Notes under the pieces: generated by a model | What the model was told of the DNA's origin: nothing | The model's input: the letters and a program-made list of their open reading frames with translations, nothing else | Database searches by the model: none | DNA from: Blepharisma stoltei ATCC 30299 | Lineage: Eukaryota; Protista; Ciliophora | Direction of reading: 5' to 3' | Assembly (NCBI GenBank): GCA_965603825.1 | Contig: CBFDEM010000057.1 | Span: forward strand, 434,001 to 498,000 | Length of the DNA: 64,000 nucleotides | Position numbers and translations under genes: made by a program | Shown here: piece by piece, positions 36,162-47,282 of the stretch | How the letters are laid out: each line of letters starts with the position of its first letter | How positions within the stretch are numbered: position 1 is the first letter of the stretch

Positions 36162-37670
36162 ATGAGTAATTATGCCATTGATGTGACAAACAATCGAGTC
36201 AAACAAATCATGGAAGAGCAAGGCATTGAAGAAGACGAGCTTCTAAATAAGTAATTCTTATGTAGGAACTTAGAAGATTTCGCTGATCCTCGAGTAACGC
36301 CTGAAATCCAGCAACTCAGATTTGAATACTACACCAATAAGCTTAAAGAAACAGTTAAGCGTATCCGTGATATCTTAAAAGACAGAACCATGACTATTAT
36401 AAGGCGTAACAGTCTTCCTGATCTTCACCAATCTCACAATAGCAATTCTATATCCACTGAAAGAACGACCCCAAAGTTTCAAGACCTTGCAAGAGCTGAA
36501 GAAGATCGTCTCAATAAACTAAAAGAAAAGCAAAAGAAGATGCTAATTACAACCTTATCAATGCTAGAAAAAATTGATGAAGTAGAGAAACCAATCAAAA
36601 ATAAAAGAAAAAGCTCATCACCTATTTTAAGTCCTCATGATATGAATAAAAGCTTGAAATTTAAAGAAAAAATCGAATCTTTTAAAAAAATACAAGAAGA
36701 AAAATTCAAAGAAAAGAAAAAAGAGCAGATGCAAAAGCAAAAAAACTTGTATGAGAAAATTATTATAGATATGAAAAACCACAGCGAAAGAGAACAAATA
36801 ATAGAGCAGCAGAAAAAAGAAGCAGCCAAAGAAAGAGATGAAGCACTGAAAAGAAAGCAAGAAGAAATAAAAGCTGTGAAAGAAGGAGAGGAGATTATGA
36901 ATGAACATCGAATTCAAGAAGAGTTGGATTTGATGCAAGAGAAGATTATGAAATCTGAAGAAAAATATGTTAATGAAAGAGAGCAAAAATTGTCAAAAAC
37001 TCTTGGCTTGCGGAAATTTTGGGACCTTGTACTGGGGAATTTAGATAAATTAAAGCAAACCCATGAAGTTGAAGATGTACTCAAATTAATTGAAAAACAA
37101 GAGAAAGTAAAAAAAAGAAGAGAAAAAATCCAGAAAAAGTTAGAAGAAGAAGTCAACAAAAGACGAGAAAAAATGGAAGCAAGAAAAAGAGCTGCCCAAG
37201 TAAAGGTAGCAAATGATGAAAAAGAGCTTTATAAAAAAGTGAATTATTTAGAAAAGAGACTAACAGCATCGCAGAAAAATTTAGCAATGAAGCAAGATGA
37301 ATGAAAAAAAGAAGTCATGCTGAGAAAAGAATTGCAAAGGCTAAAAGAACTGGATGGGATTACAAAAGTTGAAAGAGCCAATAGAAGACTGGTAGGAAAT
37401 ATTTAGAAACTCAAAAAAATGCAAATGCTTGAAAAGCAATTGATGACAAGCCAAAGAATTGACGCTCTGAAGCTAGAAAAAGAAATGATTTTGAATAAAA
37501 AGAGGTAAAAATTAGGAAGGGAAATAGCTACTAAAGAGATGATACAAAGAGAAAAAATGAAAGAAGTATTTGCCGTTGTATGCAGATCTCCGAAATCAAG
37601 AACAGCTCAAGAGCAGCTTAGAATGCTCGATATATTGAAAAAGAATTCTGATAGTGAAGAAGAAGCATAA
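36162..37670 (+). CDS. Coiled-coil protein with three 15-nt introns (487 aa)
   Basis: ATG 36162; introns 36251-36265, 37392-37406 and 37505-37519; TGA(W) 37302; TAA 37668-37670. Confidence 0.82.
36251..36265 (+). other. 15-nt spliceosomal intron
   Basis: gtaattcttatgtag with an in-frame TAA. Confidence 0.87.
37392..37406 (+). other. 15-nt spliceosomal intron
   Basis: gtaggaaatatttag with an in-frame TAG. Confidence 0.85.
37505..37519 (+). other. 15-nt spliceosomal intron (AAG acceptor)
   Basis: gtaaaaattaggaag; in-frame TAA; the 15-nt excision restores the downstream frame. Confidence 0.78.
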
Positions 37671-37694
37671 TTAATAGTTTTATAAATTACATTA

Positions 37695-39731
37695 CTAAGC
37701 TGCACTTCTGAAGTTTTTTTCATTGCTTTTTGAGTCCTTTCTACATTTCTTGAGAGTTACCAAAAATTCCCACAAATTATCATCAGGAAGATCCAAAACT
37801 TTTGGAGTTTCATACAAAATTGCTTTATTTTCTATAGAGAAAATTGCATCAACTGTTAGCTCCAGTGCATCATTTACCATTCTTGGGATTAACTGCTGCA
37901 GCAATGGCGAAGATAATTCTAAGCAAGGATTTGTGTTGCACTCAATAAGTCACACATTTAAGCTCGAATCAACTATAAAATCATATCCAAAAATCTCAAA
38001 GCAATGCTGCCTCATATTAGGATTTAATTTTCCTTTAGCAGAGATCAATGAGTGTGTAATTAATTCTTTGATCTTGAAAATTAAATCAGAGAATTTGATA
38101 TCTTTTTTCATATTGTCAATGAATTCTTCGAAAAACTGAAATGATAGTTGGTTTCCATCTTCAAATTTCCCATACGCTTTCCCTTCTTTTTGAACAGCAT
38201 TATTAGTGAGATGAACAAATTCTGATGATAAAGTCTCTTTATCTAGCGAAAAACTCTCTGAAGAAGTTCGTAAATAGCCTTGTGGGAAAAAATAGCAGTT
38301 TAAGTCATGGGTAATTAGCACCCAAACCCTTATATCAAATTTCCTGCTATTTATTAGTAAAGGACTTTCTATATATTTTTGTATCACAAACTTAAGTGAA
38401 TAAATCTTTCCTTTTTCATTTTGTTTCAAATTTTTTTTTAATCGTTTTATATTTGCGAATTCTTGATACTCTGTAAATAGATTTTTAAGCGTCTCCAAAT
38501 CATTGAAAACATGGATTCCTCTGCCTCTATTGAAACCGGAAGGTTTAAGAATCCATATATTTTCCCCTAAAAAATGTGTAGAGGGCGGCATTTTTGTCTG
38601 TGTGACTGAATCAAAACTAAACAGTTTTTGTTTAGTGAGAGTTCTTTTATTATCATCTTTTTGTAGGTTTTTGAAGTAACTCATAAATAGCATGAGCTGA
38701 GAATGGAAAACTTTAGATTCGATGTCAATTTCAAAAGTAATTGGCATGATTTCGGTAATATCTATATCTCGTAATAAGCAGTAATTTCGTAAATTTTTAA
38801 ACAAGTTTACTTTATTCGTGATTTCTGCGTGAAATTCAAAATGATTCGTAATTTGGGTTGGGAGGTATGAAAGTAGCCTGCCAAATTTAATGTGAACAGA
38901 AGTAGGATGCCATATAAAATGCGAAGAATTCGGCAAGGTGTAGTCACCTTCTTCTCAATCGCTCCTTAACTGCATTAATGTCTTTATCAATTTTGAATTA
39001 TTTCCTTTGTGTATAAGATATTTATATTTTTGCGGCTCACCAATTGGATTTTCGACAGGAATTTCTGTTTCAGGGTCTTCATTTTCATAATTGTGCAAAC
39101 TTGGCTGTGAACTTTTCAATTTTTCAAGAAGTTCTTTTCCTCTTATCATTCCATCAGAAAGCATAAAAATTTTCGGGAAGTCAATTGGTTTTTCTAGCTC
39201 TTTACTTTTACTTGATGATTTTGACAATCCAATGCCTTTAGCCATAAGGGTCCTTTCTTGGTAGTCAACTGGAAAATTCATAGAAGGGTTTCTCATATTT
39301 TCTTTTTTAGGGCGCGTTTGAAAAGGAGAAGACGATGGAACAGTTGCTAAAACCTTTTTTTCTTCTAGAAACAGATCTTTTAAAACCTTTTTCGAGCTCG
39401 TACAATTACAAAATTTTTTCTTGATTGGTAGTCCAGCATGATGATTAAATAATCTTTGTGGAAGCTTAAATTTTTTACAGTGTGGACATAGAAAAGGATG
39501 CCTTAATAAAGGACTTATCCCATTTCTCATTGGTTTTTGGGTCTGCATTAAAGGATCAAGTTTTACGTATTTGATTGCGTTTTCTTCATAAACTTTTTCT
39601 TTGGATTCTGGTATTAGTCGTTTTTGGTCAAAAGAAAATCCTATTAGGCAGTGCCTTGTGGATGTTGGAGCTAATTGTGGAATTTTTAGAGACAAGTCCG
39701 CTTCATTGTTCGACTCATTTATTTTGTCCAT
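37695..39731 (-). CDS. Tubulin-tyrosine ligase-like (TTLL) protein, probably glycylase-type (678 aa)
   Basis: WILKPSGFNRGRGI, VIQKYIESPLLI..RKFDIRVWVL, HLTNNAVQK, FEIFGYDF, VWLIECNTNP (W=TGA). Confidence 0.92.
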
Positions 39732-40269
39732 TTAATTACAATGTTTTTTAGGTTAGAAAAAGAAATACATGTTAAACAATACTATTAGAAATGTTTAGCA
39801 TTAAGAGGATTAATTTAGAAAATTTTAAAATTAAAGTATTTTATTTATTTTCTTAATTATCTGTTATTTTCTTCTTGTTAAAAATAGAAGTTAAAATATG
39901 TGAAATCTTGTTTCAACACTAAATATAATTGGGAAATTTATTTTGATTAAAATGATTATTTGAACAATAATGTTTAAAATAATTATTCTCATAAAGCTTT
40001 TATAATCACTTTTGATTGCTAAATTTCCATATAAATAGATTTTGGCAACTATAACTACGCTAATTAGTAAAATTTATATCCACAATTAATAATGGGAGGA
40101 TGAAATATCTTGATAAAGAAAAGATTTATATTTAAAGATTAATAGCTTCATCATCTATGTCCTTTATTGAAATTTTCTATAATAAATTCACATCACAAAT
40201 ATCATTGAGTAAAATCTACTTAAATTATGGCACTTCTAATACCCATTGAGTTATAATTGTAAATAAACA

Positions 40270-40515
40270 ATGAAGTCTCCAAGCGTTATGCCGCATCACG
40301 AAGGGCAAAATACCCCTGATAATGCTATTAAACTCAAGTCTATTCTTAGAAAATCAACAAAAGATCAGCCTCAAAGTTTCCGAGTCGTTACCCGAGCAAG
40401 CACAATGGATAAAAAAGTACTCTTTAGAGACCCCATCCATGAGTTGCATCTAGTCGAGCCTATCATATATAAAATGCCAAAAAAAGATACGAGCTGTACT
40501 TGTGCAATCTTTTAG
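40270..40515 (+). CDS. 81-aa protein with SILK-like and RVxF-like PP1-docking motifs and a C-terminal CaaX box
   Basis: KSILRK, KKVLF, C-terminal CTCAIF followed by TAG. Confidence 0.78.
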   Translation: MKSPSVMPHHEGQNTPDNAIKLKSILRKSTKDQPQSFRVVTRASTMDKKVLFRDPIHELHLVEPIIYKMPKKDTSCTCAIF

Positions 40516-40779
40516 AGCAATCATCATTTTTAAAAATGATCTTTGAGGCACACATCTGATAAAGCAAATAAGTGTATTTAATTCCTTATGTAAATTAATC
40601 TAATTTTCAAGCAAAATATATAAGTTTTCCACTAATAAAATTTCTAAAAATAAGCTTTTGTTTTAAAATTGATTTGAATTGTGCTTGGAGAAAATTATAC
40701 AGAAATAACTCAATTAAATTTGCGAGTTTTTCAAAATTATTTTATTTAAAAATTTATATAAATAAAATCTCATTATCTA

Positions 40780-42006
40780 TTATTCATCAAGCATGTTTGC
40801 AATAGTTTCATCCATTGACCCAGTCCTTTCGAGTTCTCTTCTGATAACCTCATGCGGAATGTGTGGCAAAATTTCTCTTACTTGCTCCACTTCTCTTTCT
40901 CTTTGTTCTCTCATACCAGCAGCGTTTCTTGAAAAGGAAAAATTTCACCATGATCTCTCTCTAACCATTTCTGGCTGTAAAAAAATTTGGTTGCAGAGAG
41001 GGCATTTTTTTTCTGTATTATTTAAAACCCAGGTTCTTATACACTCGACATGATGAATATGTCCACAAGAAATTCGACTGCACTTGCTCTGAGTCAAAGG
41101 CTCCCAACAAATGCAGCATTTTTCGTCTCCATGCTTGGATAGCTCAGCTTCTGTAAGTGGTGGGTATTTTTTAACAAAATTTCTCATAGAAATTTTATAA
41201 TGTCGATATCTTTTGCATATGGAAATTAAACTGATGATATATTTTTGTTGTCTCATGATAACTAAAATTTGGAGTGGGCTCGATAAGAACCATTCAGAAT
41301 ACCAAATTGCAAGATGAATCCATCTGCATATGTTTATTAAAATTTCTGCTGAGTTCACTGCTAAATCATGTCTTCTGCTTAAGGCTAAGTTATGCTTAAG
41401 CTGATACCATGTAATCACACTTTCCTTTAGCACTAATATCCCATCGTAATTTATCAATAAAATCAAGCTTGGACTTGCATTCGAGAACACGTAAGCTGTA
41501 AAAATAATAAAGCCTGCTGTCACCCCAATCGTAGTCATTATCAATTCTTGCAGGTTTCTAATATGATTATTTTGAAGTCTAGACTTTGCAATGATACTCA
41601 GAACTTTACATGAGGAGTAATAAACGAAGATAAAAGCCCAAATTAATATTTCAATGCTATTATTTGAGCTATCTCCAAGAGAAATAACTACGAATTGTAA
41701 TAGCATGGAATCATTTAATAGGTAATGCCCAATTCTCTTCCTTTCTGCAGAATTCAATGAATCAAGGAAAATGTAAAAAATAAGCTGTGTCGCATAAAAG
41801 CACCAGAACGAGACAGTAATGAATATGAGTAAGCATAAAGATGAGCTTGATTTTATTAAGTGTATTGTCGAGATAAGTCCTGATGTAAGTAATGATGGAA
41901 CTAATAAAGCTGCTAATAGTAGAGTATTGGCTGGCAAAATCCATAATGCTAGCTTTCATGCAGTTATTGATTCATAAATAGCATTTGCGATTTCTAATGC
42001 ACGCAT
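40780..42006 (-). CDS. Multi-TM RING-H2 + CUE E3 ubiquitin ligase (gp78/AMFR/RIN2-like ERAD ligase; 408 aa)
   Basis: TM helices; CCICWE..SCGHIHHVECIRTW..CPLC; after TGA a CUE-like VEQVREILPHIPHEVIRRELERTGSMDETIANML; ATG 42006. Confidence 0.87.
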
Positions 42007-42949
42007 TTTTATTTTTTTGGTTAAACTATAATGTAAAATTATGAATTACTATTTAGGAGGCTGATTATAATTTTTTTCAATATTAAAATTATTCTTTATT
42101 TTGGAGTGAGGTTCTAATTTATATTGAAGAAACTAAGCAATATTCATGGGAATCGTGGATTTAGGTAAAAGCCAGTATAATTGATTTTGATTCTTAAAAA
42201 ATATTGCTATATTGTTTCTAGCCTTGACAAAGAGATAGCTATATAAAAATCTAATCTAAATAATTTCTAAATCAAGCTTTGCTAAGTAATACAGTATTAT
42301 TTTTATTAAGCATTTAGAATTATTAGACTATTGAAGATTTTTAAGATAAAATAACCTTAAGGGATAAATTGCAAAAAAAATTAGATTCGAATATGATCTA
42401 TTACTATATAGAAATTATATTTTCTATTTTTTACACATCTGTAGCTATTTAAGCCTCAAAAAACAATTTTATCGAATTTATATTAATTAAGAATCATTTC
42501 ATCACAGACATGCTGATGTAATAAATTTTAAGCAGAATTTAATAAAAATGTCTTATCATTGTCTATTGTAATTTTCTTTTAAGGACTCCATAATTTAAAT
42601 TATTAAAATTTCATAAACAGCTACAAAACTTCAAAAATTATTATGCACTGACTTATATTTTCAAGTTATCAGTATGATTTTATAAGGAGCATGCATTCCT
42701 CATTATAATTTATGCGAGCTAAATACTACTTCTATTCATAAATCCTACTCTATTGCGCTTATCTAATCCTAAGAAATACTTTTTAAATTTTAAAGCTTAT
42801 TTTTCATTAAAAAATCATAAAGGTTTCAAAGCTAATTATCATTTAAAAAGTTTCTTTATGAGCGGAATTCATAGTCCAAATTTCAAGTTACAATGCTTTG
42901 TATGATATCCGTTTCTTCACCAAAATATGCTGTGGTTATAAAATAAAAA

Positions 42950-44194
42950 ATGCTTAGCCGAGCTCTCTTCAGGTTTATGTCAAGTGCCACAAAGGCCCCA
43001 TTTGAAATCACTGACATGGCTGCTTTGATGTTTACTCTTCCAAAAAACACCCCTGGCTCTCTCAATCAAGTTCTTCAAACAATCCTTGATAACAACCTCA
43101 ATTTAGTCCACATAGAGTCAAGACCAGCATCGCTGATTGATGCGGATAAAGGCTTTACTTTTATTGTAGACATAGAAACCCCGAATAATAATTCGTTGGA
43201 AAATGTATGCAAAAAAATCAAAAAAGTCTGTGGTGACGTCACAGTGCTAGGAAGCCTTGATGTGCCGTTGTTTCCAAGACGTTTTAGTGATATAGATGGA
43301 ATGCAACAGCTAGTTAGGCCTCTACACCATGATCATCCAGGGTCTATGGATCCGAATTACTGGGCAAGAAGGCAAGAATTTGGAATTATCGCAAAAAATT
43401 GTACTTTAAGTCAAGAACTCCCGAGAATTCAATATACAAGTGATGAAACTCAGACTTGGCAAACGGTTTATCATGCTTTGTCGCCTCTTTATAAGAAAAT
43501 TGCTTGCAGTGAATTTCTGCTTAATTTTAAGGAAATGGAAAACAAAGGGATTATTAAAGAAAATGAAGTGCCTCAAATAGCAGAAGTTAATAGATATCTA
43601 TTGGGGAAAACTGGATTTCAGCTTAAACCTATTTCTGCTATGGAAAAAGATAGAGACTTCTTAAATTGCTTAGCATTCAGAGTATTTCCCACTACACTCC
43701 ATATGAGACACCACTCTCATCCTTATTTTAGCATAGACCCAGATATTGCTCATGAAGTGATTGGCCATGTCCCTATGCTTGCTGATCCTGAATTCGCTGA
43801 ATTTGTTCAAGAAATCGGTCTTGCATCTTTAGGAGCTGCTGAAGAAGAGATACAGAAACTAATGAACCTTTATTTTTATTCAATCGAAATTGGTCTTATT
43901 ATGAATTCAGAAGGAGATAGGAAGGTTTATGGGGCAAGAATCTTAAGTTCAGTCGACGAAATTAATCATGCTCTAAGTATTCACCCTGAACTGAGACATT
44001 TCGACCCATTCCAAGCTTGCAATGTTAAATATCATCGAAAAGACTTACAAGGGTTATATTGGTTTTGCTCAGATTTTAGAGAAGCCAAGGTACTTATGCA
44101 GAGATACGCAAGCACTTTACAAAAACCTTTCAATGCAACTTATGATAGAGTTCAAAAATCGATTAAAGTTAGCCACAAGGTGAAGTCTTGGTAA
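42950..44194 (+). CDS. Biopterin-dependent aromatic amino acid hydroxylase with ACT domain (PAH/TPH family)
   Basis: LNLVHIESRP ACT motif; DHPG; PDIAHEVIGHVPML iron ligands; QEIGLASLGA; YGARILSS. Confidence 0.93.
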   Translation: MLSRALFRFMSSATKAPFEITDMAALMFTLPKNTPGSLNQVLQTILDNNLNLVHIESRPASLIDADKGFTFIVDIETPNNNSLENVCKKIKKVCGDVTVLGSLDVPLFPRRFSDIDGMQQLVRPLHHDHPGSMDPNYWARRQEFGIIAKNCTLSQELPRIQYTSDETQTWQTVYHALSPLYKKIACSEFLLNFKEMENKGIIKENEVPQIAEVNRYLLGKTGFQLKPISAMEKDRDFLNCLAFRVFPTTLHMRHHSHPYFSIDPDIAHEVIGHVPMLADPEFAEFVQEIGLASLGAAEEEIQKLMNLYFYSIEIGLIMNSEGDRKVYGARILSSVDEINHALSIHPELRHFDPFQACNVKYHRKDLQGLYWFCSDFREAKVLMQRYASTLQKPFNATYDRVQKSIKVSHKVKSW

Positions 44195-44507
44195 GGAAAA
44201 TATGAGTAATTAAAATTATTTAAAAAATTGACCATAATTTTCTATACAGAATAGAGCAAAAATTTCAACTGTTCCTTACTGAATTCTTCTCGTTATATGA
44301 GAAAATATGCAAATGTCTAAATTTACTTAAATGATTTAAAAAGAAGTTTAAATAATTGACGTTTATCAAATTTATACTGATGAGAAAGGATAAAATGCCA
44401 TAGGCATAATATTTATCTAATTATAATATGCAGGGTTTAAATAAAATTTTACTAGCCCAATTTAAAATTCCTTTGGGATCAGTTACTAAAACATAATTTA
44501 TTTTTAA

Positions 44508-47264
44508 ATGGCACGACCCGGAAGAATAAATTTACTTTTAAGACTCAAGCCTTCGAGCTCATCCACTCCTGATACTTCTTTTTATCGAATTTCCCCAAGC
44601 TTAACAGAATTTACTCTTATAACTCCTCCTAATAATCGAACCCCTTTCTATTTCTCCAATATTTTTCCATCAGACTCCACAATCACACCTATATGTGAGC
44701 TTGTAGGCTACCCTATGTCAGATCAAATCCTTGACGGCTGCAATGCAACTCTTATAGCACTAGGGGCAATAGGATCAGGAAAAACATATAACCTATATGG
44801 CGAAATGTCAAGGAGAGGGTTATCAGGAGGCCTGGTTCAATCAAGCATACAGTATTTATTTGGAAAAATCCGATCATTGACTGCTGAAAGGAATATTACT
44901 GTAATTGTAAGTTTATTTGAAATGTACAAAAATAAGGTCAGAGATTTGGGAATTGCATATAATAGCAAAGGAGAAGGCATTGAAGCTCTCTTAAAAATTT
45001 ATAATGAGCAAGACCTCGCTGTAAAGGATATTAGAGGGAAAGCTTATATAGAAGATGTGTCTTTAATTCAGGTCATGACAGCTGAAGAAATCTTTGAGAT
45101 CATTAACCTCGGCTTTAAAATGAGAGAACATGCTGAAGAAATCTCAGGAAGCATTGCCAATGACGCGACGACTATACTTTCTATAAATGTCACACAAAAG
45201 GATAAGCATGGTGATATAAATAGTACCAAAAGTGCAAGATTTAATATCGTAGATATAGCAGGTTCAGAGCACAAATTTACTGACTCAGGAACTGTTGAAA
45301 ACGAGTCAGAAACCGAGCTCAGCAACCTTTATGCACTTAAAAAGGTGCTGAACAAAGTAAACTTAGTCAAGCAGGGCGCAACTGTCAATGTAATTCCTTA
45401 CAAAATCAGCAAACTAACTCAATTTTTGCAGAGCGGGTTTTCAGGAAATTCCACAATTTCAATATTAACTGCAATAGATACAGACCCAATCAAATATAGC
45501 GAAACTGGGCATGTCCTTGCTTTTGTGAAATCAATAACAGAAATTGATAAAAATATCAAGAAAAACCTTATGCAGAGGCCTGATGCAGGGGCATTGATGG
45601 CTCATGAAATGGCCCAGAGGTTGGAAGAAGAAATTTATGAGCTCAATTCTATGATCAAAAAGAGCCAGCTTCAGCATGAAGAGAAGCTAAGACTTTTTGC
45701 TCGATTAGTTGGCATCGATGATGACTTAGAATCTATGGTACTAGCCAAAAAAGGAACAAAAGAATTCCAGCTTGCTATGAAATACAAAGAATCTTTTGAG
45801 ACTACAAAAAACTTAAACAGGAGAAATGCAGACTTAGAAAAGAAAAATAATGAAAATAAAAAGATCCTAGATCACATTAAAATTTTGCACCAGAATAATA
45901 AAGATAAGCAAAAAATTGAGCTGACAAATCTAGAAACCGAAATCAGGGACTTAAAAGACCTCATCAGCGAATACAAATACAAAAACGAAGAAATTGGCCA
46001 AGAGCAAACCTTTTCTAACTCAGAAGGACTCGAAAGAATGCTTATGCACAGCCACTTAGCTGTCGAAGAAAACTCAGCCACTCTCCACAACTTAAAGCTC
46101 CAAATGCAAAATAATACCACGGATTTAAAAAATCTATTTGAAATGAAAGAGCTTGGATTCAATGAAGCTGATCATGTAATGAAAAAATTAATTTACGACA
46201 ATGAGGAAAAACAAAAGGCAAGATTTGCGAATTTAGAAGAACAGTTTAAATATTTAATTGGAGACGATGAAGATTCGCACAGAGAATTTTTTGAGTCCCA
46301 GATGGAGATTAATACGTACTTGAGAAACTTAGAGTAACTTATATTTAGTGAGACTCTCAATGAGATTAAAAAAGAGACGGCTAGAATGCTTGAAATTGCG
46401 AATATTCAGAATGAAATTATTTATGATATTGAAGACGGAAAGTATAACAATGGTATTCGGCCTGTTTTGATCCCGACTAAGCACCACCCTCCAGCCCCAA
46501 GTCCTATTTTATTTCCTATGTAACGTTTATCTAGAGCTTGAAAGCTATTACCAAACCCTCCAAAGTTGTTAAAAAAGACCCAAAGCCTCACCAAACTTTC
46601 TCGCTCTCAGCAAGCTCGAACTTTCATGAAAACTGCTTTTGCCCAATCTTTTACTTCCCCAAAAGAAGAAGAATCCTTAACTTCTCAAGTTTCTTTAAAT
46701 ACTACAAACCTCGGCGATATGGATATAAATCTTGCCTTATCTGCAAGATTCCAAGGTTTGACACCTCTAGAAATCAAAAAAATGGGTTACACAATTCAGC
46801 AATCTATCAAAAACATGCAAAGCCAAATAGAGTCAGTTCAAGCTGAGTCACAAAATTCTTACAAGGAAATTGAGCTCCTTGAAGACGAATTTTCCCAAGT
46901 TTCTGAAGAAAGAAATGTATTTAAAGATGGTTACAGTAAAGAAGTAAGAAGCAGAATTGATATGCAAGATAAATACTACAGTGTTCCTAAAGTTGATGAT
47001 AGGTTTTTCTTTCTCACTGAAGCTTTTTCTCGGCCAAGTACCCAGTCAAAATCATCGAGAAATCTTCCTCTTAACAACCAATTTTCAGCCACATCTATCA
47101 CTAATGCTCCTTTTAATAGGAATCGCAACACAAGTTCAGCTAACCCAGGTCCAAGACTGTCAACGCCTTATAGCTTTCAAACATCTCCTCGTCCCAAAAC
47201 CTCGGTTAGAGTCCTTCGCCCTACATTTTCAGCTTCAGGATTTAATTTTTTATTACCTAAGTAA
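44508..47264 (+). CDS. Divergent kinesin-like protein with coiled-coil stalk, two 15-nt introns (908 aa)
   Basis: P-loop GAIGSGKTY, DIAGSE, IPYKISKLT; introns 46334-46348 and 46520-46534 plus one TGA join the two track ORFs. Confidence 0.87.
46334..46348 (+). other. 15-nt spliceosomal intron
   Basis: gtaacttatatttag with an in-frame TAA. Confidence 0.87.
46520..46534 (+). other. 15-nt spliceosomal intron
   Basis: gtaacgtttatctag with an in-frame TAA. Confidence 0.87.
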
Positions 47265-47282
47265 TGTATTTATAAGCCTTAG

